NCBI GenBank assembly: GCA_964536205.1
Contig: CAZHVT010000006.1
Location: forward strand, 8,623-72,622
Direction: 5' to 3'
Source of the DNA: an uncultured Gammaproteobacteria bacterium
Lineage (GTDB): Bacteria > Patescibacteriota > Patescibacteriia > Magasanikbacterales > GCA-002688135
Length of the DNA stretch: 64,000 nt
Shown piece after piece: positions 9,459 through 18,651 of this stretch. The notes beneath the pieces are model-generated. The model was not told the origin of the DNA, ran no database searches, and saw only the letters and a list, made by a program, of their open reading frames with translations. Made by a program: the position numbers and the translations under genes. How positions within the stretch are numbered: the stretch's first letter is position 1; each line of letters starts with the position of its first letter.

Positions 9459-9953
9459 CTACAGATCTCTGTTGAATCTTTCCACTCGATCTTCAAGAAT
9501 GCGATAAAGATGTGTGGGTGTTAGGCCTTGGATATCTTCGAATTGTTCGAGAATGCTGCATGTTGCATCGAATCGTTCGAGTGCATCTTCGTCATTGATT
9601 TCTGCGCGTGCTGCGTCTATATCGTATTCAACTTCTTCTGTTCCAGCATGTTCGATCATGTCTGCGATTTGCAGGATGGCGAGGCACATTTCTTTGTCCA
9701 TCAAGCCGGCGCTGACAAACATCCATTCCATCTGATCCATTGCGTCTTCGTGTTGAGCTTTACAGGCCTGTGAGACTACAACGCCCATAAACATCCAGCC
9801 CATGAAATCGCATGTGTCCACTTCTTCTCGAGTTAATCCACGTGACCAGAATTCTGGATCATGTTGTGTAGGATCAGATTCTTCGTCTGAAGTCAGCAGG
9901 GCCAACAGTTTTTCAAAAAATTGTTCACTTAGGTCTTCGGTTTTCAGATCCAT
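9459..9953 (-). CDS. small highly acidic hypothetical protein (164 aa, rich in D/E)
   Basis: The ORF is trimmed to the ATG at 9953, with an SD (aggaga) 6 nt upstream. Its composition is strongly acidic. Confidence 0.55.
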   Translation of the reverse strand: MDLKTEDLSEQFFEKLLALLTSDEESDPTQHDPEFWSRGLTREEVDTCDFMGWMFMGVVVSQACKAQHEDAMDQMEWMFVSAGLMDKEMCLAILQIADMIEHAGTEEVEYDIDAARAEINDEDALERFDATCSILEQFEDIQGLTPTHLYRILEDRVERFNRDL

Positions 9954-10092
9954 CAATTTTCTCCTTTAACTGGTTTTTTTGACCAAGTGCACTATAGTAG
10001 CATATTTTTAGTGTGCGTCAAGGGTGTTGGTATTTTTGGTGGTCATATGTTGTCTGATAAATTATACTGTATTTTGTCTATAATGTAGTTGT

Positions 10093-11862
10093 ATGAAACA
10101 TCGACTTTATCATAAGTCTCGCCGCCGGAAAGATGGTTTTCGCGCGCCAACTTCCACAACACTTCGGATTTCGATTTTTGGTGGGTTTATTGGTTTGTTT
10201 GTCACGCTTATTATTATTCGACTTTTTATTCTTCAAGTAATTGATATGAGTGTGTATCGACAGATGGCGTTTGGTGCGCAGAATTTGTCGGCGCAGTTGG
10301 ATGCTGTTCGTGGTGAGGTGTTTATGCGCTCTGTCCGTGATGGTGAATTGTCTCCATTGATATTGAATGAGGATCGTTTTTTGGTTTTTGCTGATGGTCG
10401 TCGATTGGAAGATCCATTTGCTACTGCGAGCCGCTTGGCAGAGATTATGAATGTTTCAGATGAGGAGGAAGTTGATTTGAAAAATAAGATGTCAGAAATT
10501 GGTTCGGATCCATATGAACCTTTGTTTAAATCTGTGAGTGAATTTGAGGCTGATAAGATTCGTGATGAGGATTTTTCCGGAATTGGTTTTGTGCGAGAGC
10601 CTCATCGATACTATCCAGAATCTGTGAGTGCATCGCATCTCACCGGATTTACGCAAATTAATGATGATAATGTTCGAGTGGGTCAGTATGGTTTGGAAGG
10701 GTATTTTGATCGAATTCTTTCTGGGCAAAGCGGAACGCTGTCTGGTGAGCGAGATCCGTTTGGAGCGTGGATTCCATTGTCCGAGCGATCTATCGAGGCT
10801 GCGAAAGATGGTCCGCGAATTATTACGACAATTGACCCAGCGATTCAGAAATTCGGATGTGATGTGTTGATTGAGGATATGCGTGAGTTTGAGGCGCGTA
10901 GTGCAACGCTTATTGTTATGAATCCTGAGACTGGCGAAATTCTCGCGATGTGTAATGTCCCTCATTATGATCCAAATAATTATCGGAATGTTGATGATAT
11001 TTCTGTTTTTAATAACTCATCGATTTTTACTCCTTATGAACCAGGATCTGTTTTTAAACCGATCACTATGGCGGCGGCATTGGATACAGATAAAGTTGAG
11101 CCGCAAACGACTTTTTATGATGAAGGTTTTGAAATAGTTGATGATTTTACGATTCGCAATGCAGCTGAAAAAAAATACGGTTTGTCCACCATGCGAGAAG
11201 TTTTAGTCGAGTCGATTAATACAGGTGTTATTTTTGCAGCGCGAAAAGTTGGACGTCATGATTTTGCAAAGTATGTTGAGCAGTTTGGTTTTGGGCGTGT
11301 GACCGGTTTAGAGTTGGATAGTGAAGTTACTGGAACGATCGAGAATGTGTATCGGAAGGGAGAGGTTTTTTTGGCGACGGCTTCGTTTGGGCAGGGAATT
11401 ACATCTACTCCAATGCAGCTGATCATGTCATATTCTGTTTTGGCTAATCATGGGAAGTTGCTGAAGCCTACGATTATTCATTCATTTGAATATGCTGATG
11501 GATCTGTTGAGACATTTGAACCGCAGGAAATTCGACAGGTTGTTTCATCGCGGACAGCTTCTCAAGTATCGTCTATGCTAGCTTCTGTTATAGAGGATGG
11601 TCATTCCACTCGAGCTGGAGTTGATGGATATTTGATTGGGGGGAAAACTGGAACTGCGCAAATTGCGGATGAGAGTGGTGGATATGGTGAAGAGTTTAAT
11701 CATACATTTATTGGATATGGGCCTGCTGATGATGCGAAATTTGTGATGTTAGTGAAATTTGAGAACCCGAATGAGCGATTTGCAGCTTCTACAGCAGTTC
11801 CTACATTTGGCAAAATTGCTGCGTTTTTGGTAGAGTATTTGGAGTTAGTACCTGATTTATAG
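10093..11862 (+). CDS. penicillin-binding protein, class B transpeptidase (FtsI/PBP2-like)
   Basis: SVFK (SxxK), SIN (SxN) and KTGTA (KTG) active-site motifs. N-terminal membrane anchor. Confidence 0.85.
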   Translation: MKHRLYHKSRRRKDGFRAPTSTTLRISIFGGFIGLFVTLIIIRLFILQVIDMSVYRQMAFGAQNLSAQLDAVRGEVFMRSVRDGELSPLILNEDRFLVFADGRRLEDPFATASRLAEIMNVSDEEEVDLKNKMSEIGSDPYEPLFKSVSEFEADKIRDEDFSGIGFVREPHRYYPESVSASHLTGFTQINDDNVRVGQYGLEGYFDRILSGQSGTLSGERDPFGAWIPLSERSIEAAKDGPRIITTIDPAIQKFGCDVLIEDMREFEARSATLIVMNPETGEILAMCNVPHYDPNNYRNVDDISVFNNSSIFTPYEPGSVFKPITMAAALDTDKVEPQTTFYDEGFEIVDDFTIRNAAEKKYGLSTMREVLVESINTGVIFAARKVGRHDFAKYVEQFGFGRVTGLELDSEVTGTIENVYRKGEVFLATASFGQGITSTPMQLIMSYSVLANHGKLLKPTIIHSFEYADGSVETFEPQEIRQVVSSRTASQVSSMLASVIEDGHSTRAGVDGYLIGGKTGTAQIADESGGYGEEFNHTFIGYGPADDAKFVMLVKFENPNERFAASTAVPTFGKIAAFLVEYLELVPDL

Positions 11863-11867
11863 GTTGT

Positions 11868-13157
11868 ATGAAAAATATTATCCAGAAAATCTTGAGGATG
11901 TACGCGCGGTTGTTATTAAAGAAGTATCAACCTCGCGTGATTGGTATTACAGGTTCTGTTGGAAAGACGTCTGCTAAGCAAGCTATTTTGGCTGTTCTTG
12001 CTGATCAATATAGAATTCGTGGAACGATCAAGAATTATAACAATGAGATTGGAGTACCGCTTACCATTATTGGAATGAAGTCTGGTGGACGATCTTTGTT
12101 GAAATGGTTGATGATTTTTTTGCGTGCGAGCTGGATGTTGGTGAAACGAGATCCGAATTTTTCCGAAATGTTGGTTTTGGAAATGGGTGCTGATCGTCCG
12201 GGTGATATTGCGTATTTAATGGAGATGGCTCCTGTTGATATGGGTGTGATTACAGCGATCGGTGAGGCTCATTATGAATATTTTAAAGATGTAAAAAGTA
12301 TTAAGAAAGAGAAGGGGATGATGGTGACGAATTTGTCAGAGGGCGGGATTGCGATTTTGAATGTTGATAATGATCATGCAGCGAGTTTGGTTGGTGATGT
12401 TGCTGGTAGGGTTGTTACATATGGATTTTCTTCAGAGGCTCATGTTCGAGCTTCAGATGTGTCGATTGCGTATCAAGAATTGAATGGACGTTCATTTCCT
12501 ACGGGCGTTCATTTTAAAATTGCATATGAGGGTGCGACTGTTCCAATATTTTTGCCGGGTGTGTTAGGTTCTCCGCATATGTTGGCTGCGCTTGCTGGAG
12601 TTGCGGTTGGTGTTGCGCATGGAATGAATCTACTTCAGATTGCAGAAACACTGCGAAAATTTGAGCCGCCGTGTGGAAGAATGAGAATTTTGCGTGGTGT
12701 AAAAGAAACGATTATTTTGGATGATACCTATAATGCGTCGCCTCTTGCGATGATTATGGCTTTGGATGCGATGCGTGATATCGATTTGAATGATGGTGCT
12801 CGGCGTTATGCAGTTTTGGGAGATATGTTGGAGCTTGGGAAAATTACGCGTGGTGCGCATGAGGATATTGGACATCGATTGCAAGCATTTAATGTTGATT
12901 ATTTGATTACTGTGGGAGAAGCTGCTAAACATATTGCCGAGGCAGCGAGTGCGCATGGGTTTGATGAGGATCGAATTGCGAGATTTGATGATGCGGAAGC
13001 TGCGGGAAAATATTTGGAGGATAGAATTCATCCCGGAGATGTAATGTTATTTAAGGGTTCGCAAGGTGTTCGTTTGGAAAAAGCAGTTTTGGAAGTGATG
13101 GGTGAGCCGATGCGAGCGGATAAGTTGTTGTGTCGGCAAGATGAAACGTGGAGTTAG
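11868..13157 (+). CDS. murF: UDP-N-acetylmuramoyl-tripeptide--D-alanyl-D-alanine ligase
   Basis: Mur ligase P-loop GITGSVGKTS and DDTYNASP motif. It lies directly after the PBP gene, as in dcw clusters. Confidence 0.85.
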   Translation: MKNIIQKILRMYARLLLKKYQPRVIGITGSVGKTSAKQAILAVLADQYRIRGTIKNYNNEIGVPLTIIGMKSGGRSLLKWLMIFLRASWMLVKRDPNFSEMLVLEMGADRPGDIAYLMEMAPVDMGVITAIGEAHYEYFKDVKSIKKEKGMMVTNLSEGGIAILNVDNDHAASLVGDVAGRVVTYGFSSEAHVRASDVSIAYQELNGRSFPTGVHFKIAYEGATVPIFLPGVLGSPHMLAALAGVAVGVAHGMNLLQIAETLRKFEPPCGRMRILRGVKETIILDDTYNASPLAMIMALDAMRDIDLNDGARRYAVLGDMLELGKITRGAHEDIGHRLQAFNVDYLITVGEAAKHIAEAASAHGFDEDRIARFDDAEAAGKYLEDRIHPGDVMLFKGSQGVRLEKAVLEVMGEPMRADKLLCRQDETWS

Positions 13158-13258
13158 ATAATTACCAATGACCAATGTCGGAGTCTCCCTAGGATGAGAG
13201 ACGAATCTATGGATTATCGCTTTACGATACATTCATTTGAAAATTGAAAATTAGTTCT

Positions 13259-13330
13259 GGTCCCATCGTCTAGTGGTTAGGACGCATGGTTCTCATCCAT
13301 GTAACGGGGGTTCGATTCCCCCTGGGATCA
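13259..13330 (+). tRNA. tRNA-Glu (anticodon CUC)
   Basis: Cloverleaf folded by hand: 7-bp acceptor stem (GGTCCCA / TGGGATC), anticodon stem CATGG/CCATG with loop TTCTCAT, T-arm GGGGG-TTCGATT-CCCCC, discriminator A. No encoded CCA. Confidence 0.75.
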
Positions 13331-13560
13331 TGAAATCACATTTACCTTACTGGTTGATTTGATATGTATACGATGCATAACGGGGGTTCCACCCCACTTG
13401 CTCGTTCCTCGCTCGGGGGTATCGTAGAGATTCCCCCTGGGATCATGAAATCAAATTTACCTTACCGGTTGATTTGATATGTATACGATGCATAACGGGG
13501 GTTCCACCCCACTTGCTCGTTCCTCGCTCGGGGGTATCGTAGAGATTCTCCCTGGGATCA
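13331..13560 (+). repeat. two 115-bp tandem direct repeats, each ending with a copy of the tRNA-Glu 3' end (gattccccctgggatca) and carrying a 39-nt insertion in the T-loop-like part
   Basis: The units 13331-13445 and 13446-13560 differ at 4 positions. Removing caccccacttgctcgttcctcgctcgggggtatcgtaga restores the tRNA T-arm exactly. Confidence 0.8.
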
Positions 13561-13605
13561 TGAAGAAAAGGCATCCGAGTAGGATGTTTTTTTGAAGGAG
13601 ACATT

Positions 13606-14643
13606 TTGATCATTATAATTGCCCAACTTGTTTTGATGAGTGAATGCAATACATACAGCGATTGTCCTGACGGGTTAGTATGCGTTGAGAATGTGTGCGT
13701 GAAACCGAAACCATTATGTGGATCCTGTTGGAAATCTGTGCAGTGTATGCCGAATTATAAGTGTTTGGGGTACGATGGTTTGGGTGGGATGTGTTTGCCG
13801 ATGGGGTGTGTTGTCGATGATGATTGTCCTCTTGGCATGAAGTGCATTTCGATTGGTGACGGTAATACAGCTTGCTGGGTGAAGCCTGCGATGGATGTGT
13901 GTGTTGGTACGACAATTTGGAAGGCTAATACGTGCGGCATGTTATATACTCCGTTTATCTACTGCGGAATGACAGACAAAACTTGCGTGCATGGAGATTG
14001 TTGTAAACGAGATTGCACAACGAAGCAGTGCGGAGAAGATGGGTGTTATGGGTCTTGTGGTATGTGTGGGATGGGGCAGGCTTGTATCGATCATAACTGC
14101 ACGACATGCATTCCGGGTGTGATTGATTATGAGATGTGTGGCAGTGTGTGCTCTGCGAAAATGCGAGTTTGTGATGTGAATGGTTCGTGGGGATTGTGGT
14201 CTACATGTAAGGATGATGCACTGTGTACGCCGGCTGATGGATTTCCAATTGAGTGTCATGCAGCAGAATGTCGTCCAGGTCATTCGTTTTCTGATTCGTG
14301 TGGAAATTGTGGAACGATGTCTATAATTTGTAATGGCGAATGTCGATGGGAAAGTGGAAGTTGTGTAAATGAAGGCCTGTGCAAAATTGGAGAAACTGCA
14401 CCTTGTGAGCAAAATGGAAAGCGAACCTGCACTGATATGTGTCGATGGAGTAAGTGCATTGTTTCTGCAGATGCAGCACCTCGAATTGTTGCAGAAGATC
14501 ATGTTATCAAAATTCCAATTCAGCGTCCGAAACCAAAAGCATCTGTAAAAGTTGTTCAAGGTTGTCAGATGTCACATCATAGTCATCAGTTTTCGATCAT
14601 TATTTTATTGTGTTGTTTGTTGGTTTTACATACTCGGCATTAA
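13606..14643 (+). CDS. cysteine-rich repeat protein (about 17% Cys; CxxDxDCPxGxxC-type modules) with a hydrophobic C-terminal tail
   Basis: Long ORF with an AAGGAG SD 5 nt before a TTG start (the first ATG is 10 codons downstream). Cys spacing is repeated throughout. Confidence 0.55.
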   Translation: MIIIIAQLVLMSECNTYSDCPDGLVCVENVCVKPKPLCGSCWKSVQCMPNYKCLGYDGLGGMCLPMGCVVDDDCPLGMKCISIGDGNTACWVKPAMDVCVGTTIWKANTCGMLYTPFIYCGMTDKTCVHGDCCKRDCTTKQCGEDGCYGSCGMCGMGQACIDHNCTTCIPGVIDYEMCGSVCSAKMRVCDVNGSWGLWSTCKDDALCTPADGFPIECHAAECRPGHSFSDSCGNCGTMSIICNGECRWESGSCVNEGLCKIGETAPCEQNGKRTCTDMCRWSKCIVSADAAPRIVAEDHVIKIPIQRPKPKASVKVVQGCQMSHHSHQFSIIILLCCLLVLHTRH

Positions 14644-14669
14644 GTCGAGTTTTTTGTTATAATCAGAAT

Positions 14670-15146
14670 ATGTTTTTCTTCAAAACGAATTACCAGAAAT
14701 CGCAGTCTGCGACAAAGGTGAAATTTAAGGTTCCGAAAGAAGCTGGGAAATTGGCTTTGCAGCTTTTGAAGTCAAAGGGTTCAGAAGAGGAGCGTCAGGA
14801 ATTGTCTGATGATTTGTTGGATGTTTTAGCAGATTGTGCCCGATTGGATATTGTGAAATTGAAGATTTCTGCGACAAATCAATATCATAAAAAAAGAGGT
14901 GGGCGGGTAGTGTATAAAAGATATGGGTATTACAAGCCTGATACAAAATACATTTATATTCAGAATCGAACTGCTGTTCGTGGGCAGATTTTAGCGCCGA
15001 AAACGTTTATTGATACGTTACTTCATGAGTGGATGCATCACTATGATTCGCAGAAATTGGGACTTAATTCGATCCATACAAAAGGCTTTTATATGCGCAT
15101 TAAAGATTTAAAAAAGAAGTTGGGTCTTCTTGACAATGTGACCTAA
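14670..15146 (+). CDS. small HExxH zinc-metallopeptidase-like protein (SprT/WLM-like motif TLLHEWMHHYD)
   Basis: ORF trimmed to the ATG at 14670. Single HEWMH motif. Basic N-terminal half. Confidence 0.45.
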   Translation: MFFFKTNYQKSQSATKVKFKVPKEAGKLALQLLKSKGSEEERQELSDDLLDVLADCARLDIVKLKISATNQYHKKRGGRVVYKRYGYYKPDTKYIYIQNRTAVRGQILAPKTFIDTLLHEWMHHYDSQKLGLNSIHTKGFYMRIKDLKKKLGLLDNVT

Positions 15147-15189
15147 ATGTTATATTCGTGATATAATGAATTCTATGGAGGTAAGATAT

Positions 15190-15912
15190 ATGCAAGACGG
15201 AAAAACATCAGTTCGAATTTTTATGGCGTCAGTATTATTTGTAATACTCGGCCTGACTGCGATGGTTATCGTACCTGTTTTTGCGTCTGCAGCGGGGCGT
15301 GCTGGTGAGGCTATCGCTGTTCAGCCTAAAGAGCCGTCAGGTTTTCTTGGTCAGGTTTTTACACTGGTTGGTGATTCGGTTAAAAATGCAGTTACGTTTA
15401 ATAATGAGAAGCAAGCTGATTTGTATGTAGAGCAAGCGAAAGAACGTATGCAGGAAGCAGCTTGGTTGGAAGCTTATGGCACGAGTGATAAAGATGAAAA
15501 GAAGAAGGATAAATTATTAGAGAAGGCTGGGAAATTGCAGGATAGGGCGACTTCAAAAATTGAAAAAGCTGCGGCGAAAGGAAAGGATGTTTCATCTGTT
15601 CAGGGTAGATTGCAAGCTAACTCTGATCTTTTAACAGTGATTGAAGATCCTGGGGTTGTCGATGCGCCTCCAGTAGAGGAAGATGCTCCGATTATTTTTA
15701 CACTTCCTACATTTACTTTTCCCGTTTTGAATTTGTTGGATTTGCATGCTGCAATTGAAGCTATTGAGCAAGATGATCGTGCACATCCTGATATGAAGGT
15801 GTATTTGGGATCTGTGAAAACAAAAGTGAAAAGTAGAATTGATAAAGGTGAAACTACAGTTGATCGTAATGCATCAAAAAAGCCGGCAGAGACCGGCGGA
15901 GGTGGGCGATAG
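15190..15912 (+). CDS. hypothetical membrane-anchored protein with a Lys/Glu-rich coiled-coil region
   Basis: ORF trimmed to the ATG at 15190 (SD ggaggtaag; extended -10 tgatataat at 15139-15147). N-terminal TM helix. Confidence 0.55.
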   Translation: MQDGKTSVRIFMASVLFVILGLTAMVIVPVFASAAGRAGEAIAVQPKEPSGFLGQVFTLVGDSVKNAVTFNNEKQADLYVEQAKERMQEAAWLEAYGTSDKDEKKKDKLLEKAGKLQDRATSKIEKAAAKGKDVSSVQGRLQANSDLLTVIEDPGVVDAPPVEEDAPIIFTLPTFTFPVLNLLDLHAAIEAIEQDDRAHPDMKVYLGSVKTKVKSRIDKGETTVDRNASKKPAETGGGGR

Positions 15913-15913
15913 T

Positions 15914-16441
15914 TTATTGTACGGCGTTGTACAAAGCGAGATAAAATACAATCATGATGATAAGAAATAGCCAGTACGCAATGGGTATTTTTTTTCTGCT
16001 TGGAAAATTTAGGATGTTATCTGGGACGTCGATTTCATGGGTTTTATTTTTTTTGCTTAATTTGATATGTATTGTTTCTTTTTTGAGAAGGCTTTTAATT
16101 TTTTTTGGCCATTCTACGACGCAAATTGTTTTTTCATTGAATAGCGCGTCAGTCATTCCAGTTCCAATACATTCATCAGATGATTTTGCGCGATATGTAT
16201 CGATATGCGCGAATCTACCTGCTTGTGTTTTCTTTTTGAGTTCGTACATTTGCATGAGTGTGAATGTTGGGCTTTTGACAGTTTGTGTAATTCCGAGAGC
16301 TTGCGCAATGCCTTTGGTAAGAGTTGTTTTTCCTGAACCTAAATTTCCTTCGAGTGTTACAACATCGCCAGCTTTTAAAGTTGCGCCGATTTTTCTCCCG
16401 AGTGACATTGTTTCTTGAGTTGTTTTTGTTTTTACAATCAT
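15914..16441 (-). CDS. tsaE: tRNA threonylcarbamoyladenosine biosynthesis protein TsaE, with a C-terminal hydrophobic extension
   Basis: LEGNLGSGKTTLTKGIAQALGI P-loop, VKSPTF and HIDTYR motifs. Overlaps the folD stop by 4 nt. Confidence 0.75.
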   Translation of the reverse strand: MIVKTKTTQETMSLGRKIGATLKAGDVVTLEGNLGSGKTTLTKGIAQALGITQTVKSPTFTLMQMYELKKKTQAGRFAHIDTYRAKSSDECIGTGMTDALFNEKTICVVEWPKKIKSLLKKETIHIKLSKKNKTHEIDVPDNILNFPSRKKIPIAYWLFLIIMIVFYLALYNAVQ

Positions 16442-17280
16442 GCGTTCAGTGATTTTTTATGTGTGAGTTCGACTGTGTTTGCGAGAAGCATTTCAATTGT
16501 AACTGGCCCCACACCATATGGAACTGGTGTTACAAATCCCTCCATTCCTTTGAGCTGTGCATAATCTACATCTCCTACAACTTTCCCACCATCAAGTTTT
16601 GTGATTCCAATATCAATGACGATTGCGCCCTCTTTGATGTGTTCTTTTCCAATTGCATGTGGTCGCCCAAGTGCTGTTACAATAATGTCAGCTGTTTTAG
16701 TTTCTTCTGGAATTGCTTGAGGAGTTGGTGCAAAAACTTTTACATCAACTTTTTCTCGTTCTAAAGCGATGCGAACTGGATCAGTAAAAATAGGATTGTT
16801 TCCAAGAATAACTGCGGTTTTGTGTGAGATTATTTCTTCAGTTTCATAAATAAGTGCCATGATTGCTCGTACTAAAACAGGTTTGTGAACGTCTGCGCCG
16901 CGCTTGTACATCGACATGTTGTCTGGATGAAATCCATCGACATCTTTTGTTGGATCCATTGTTTGGATGACATTATTTTCGTCGATATGTTTTGGCATCG
17001 GTAATTGTGTGATGATCGCATGGACTGAATCGTCATAGTTTAAAACTCGCATTTGTGCGAGGACATCAGATTCCGGTGTATCGCTATCATACAAATATTT
17101 TTTGAAATCGATTCCTGCGTCTCGAGCAGCTTGTTCTTTCAAACCTACATACAATCGTGATGATGCATTATCTCCAACCAAAATTACTGAAAGACCGGGT
17201 GTGATGCCGGTCTTTTCGATCGTGTTTTTTGTGCGCTCATGAATGCGCTTTGCAATTATGCGTCCATCTATTTTTTTCAT
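16438..17280 (-). CDS. folD: bifunctional methylenetetrahydrofolate dehydrogenase/cyclohydrolase
   Basis: FolD-like throughout (ILVGDNASSRLYV..., GxGxxG Rossmann motif). Start set to the ATG at 17280 (MKKIDGRIIA aligns with known FolD N-termini). The stop codon is TGA. Confidence 0.85.
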   Translation of the reverse strand: MKKIDGRIIAKRIHERTKNTIEKTGITPGLSVILVGDNASSRLYVGLKEQAARDAGIDFKKYLYDSDTPESDVLAQMRVLNYDDSVHAIITQLPMPKHIDENNVIQTMDPTKDVDGFHPDNMSMYKRGADVHKPVLVRAIMALIYETEEIISHKTAVILGNNPIFTDPVRIALEREKVDVKVFAPTPQAIPEETKTADIIVTALGRPHAIGKEHIKEGAIVIDIGITKLDGGKVVGDVDYAQLKGMEGFVTPVPYGVGPVTIEMLLANTVELTHKKSLNA

Positions 17281-17341
17281 ATGCTTGCCGTGCATCCTTG
17301 TGGTGCATGGTCATCCCGAGCGAAGTCGAGGGATCTCTAGT

Positions 17342-18583
17342 TTACAATTCGCTATAGAGAGGGAATTGCTTTGTAAGCGCTGCAATCTCTTCTCTTATGC
17401 GATTCAATACCACGGAATTATCGTGACTGTCAATTGCTTCTGCAATCCAATTTCCGATCGTTTCCATTTCTGCTTCCTTCATTCCGCGAGTCGTCAGAGC
17501 TGGTGTCCCTAGTCGAATTCCTGAAGGATCGAGCGGTGAACGAGGATCATCTGGAATCATATTTTTATTCACGGTAATTCCTGCTGCATCCAAAGCCTGC
17601 TCTGCCTGATGTCCTGAAACATTTTTATTTGTGACATTTATGAGAAGTAAATGATTGTCGGTTCCGCCAGTTATCAAATCAAAATTGTACTTGAGTAATG
17701 TCTGTGCAAGGGCTTGTGCATTTACTTTGATTTGCTTTGCGTATGTTTTGAATTCTGGGAGAAGCGCTTCTTTGAACGCGACAGCCTTTGCTGCGATTGC
17801 ATTTTCATGAGGTCCTCCTTGCAATCCAGGGAAAATTGATTTGTCGATTTTTTTTGCATGTTTCTTTTTGCACATGATCATTCCTCCGCGAGGGCCTCGC
17901 AATGTTTTGTGAGTTGTTGTTGTTACAACATCGAAAATTGGAACAGGATTATTTAATTCTCCTGCTGCTATCATTCCTGCTAAATGTGCGACATCTGCCA
18001 TTGTCAGCGCACCAACTTCATCTGCTATTTTTTGAAATGATTCGTAGTCTAGGTCGCGAGGGTATGCAGAGTATCCTGCGAGGATTAATTTTGGTTTGTG
18101 TTCGAGAGCCATTTCTCGTAATTGATCAAAATCGATTTTACCTGTTTCTATATTTGCTTTGTATCGCACGAAATTGAAAATTTTTGCCATGTGTGTGACA
18201 GGATGTCCGTGCGTTAAATGACCTCCGTGCGAAAGATCCATCCCTAAAATTGTGTCGCCTGGTTCAAGTAGTGCGAAATAAACTGCGATGTTTGCAGGAG
18301 CGCCAGAAAGCGGTTGCACATTTACATGTTCTGCACCGAATAATTCTTTGGCGCGATCAATTGCTAATTGCTCGATTGTATCAATGTGTTCACATCCTCC
18401 ATAATATCTTTTTCCTGGGTATCCTTCTGCATATTTATTTGTCGCAACCGATCCGAGCGCTTCCAAAACAGCCATGGACACAAAATTCTCCGAGGGGATC
18501 ATCTCGAGTGTGGTTTGTTGGCGATGGAGCTCTTTATCGAGTGCATCTCCAGTTTCGTTGTCGAATTCTTTAAGGTATTTCAT
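17342..18583 (-). CDS. glyA: serine hydroxymethyltransferase
   Basis: SHMT signature ([16 protein letters not shown]; PLP-Lys region [10 protein letters not shown]). The ORF is trimmed from 18805 to the ATG at 18583, since SHMT N-termini begin at MKYLKEFD. A -10 box lies 9 nt upstream with no SD, so the transcript is likely leaderless. Confidence 0.85.
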   Translation of the reverse strand: MKYLKEFDNETGDALDKELHRQQTTLEMIPSENFVSMAVLEALGSVATNKYAEGYPGKRYYGGCEHIDTIEQLAIDRAKELFGAEHVNVQPLSGAPANIAVYFALLEPGDTILGMDLSHGGHLTHGHPVTHMAKIFNFVRYKANIETGKIDFDQLREMALEHKPKLILAGYSAYPRDLDYESFQKIADEVGALTMADVAHLAGMIAAGELNNPVPIFDVVTTTTHKTLRGPRGGMIMCKKKHAKKIDKSIFPGLQGGPHENAIAAKAVAFKEALLPEFKTYAKQIKVNAQALAQTLLKYNFDLITGGTDNHLLLINVTNKNVSGHQAEQALDAAGITVNKNMIPDDPRSPLDPSGIRLGTPALTTRGMKEAEMETIGNWIAEAIDSHDNSVVLNRIREEIAALTKQFPLYSEL

Positions 18584-18651
18584 AGTGGCAATAGTATAGC
18601 TGAAAGCTGTAAATTTGTGAAATAAAAAAGCCCCAGTGTTTGGGGCCTGAT

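Noticed and set aside
13159-13175. 17-mer taattaccaatgaccaa shared with 56118-56134
   Set aside because: A single extra copy of a 17-mer in 64 kb of AT-rich sequence is only marginally beyond chance (expected ~0.1). No flanking similarity.
13331-13560. Possible CRISPR array (tandem repeats next to a tRNA)
   Set aside because: There are only two 115-bp units with no unique spacers between them. The units are tRNA-derived. No cas genes occur in the window.
16438-16440. Possible alternative genetic code (UGA recoding, as in some CPR lineages)
   Set aside because: TGA is used as the stop codon, for example in folD. TAA/TAG/TGA stops give full-length conserved proteins, so this is the standard code.
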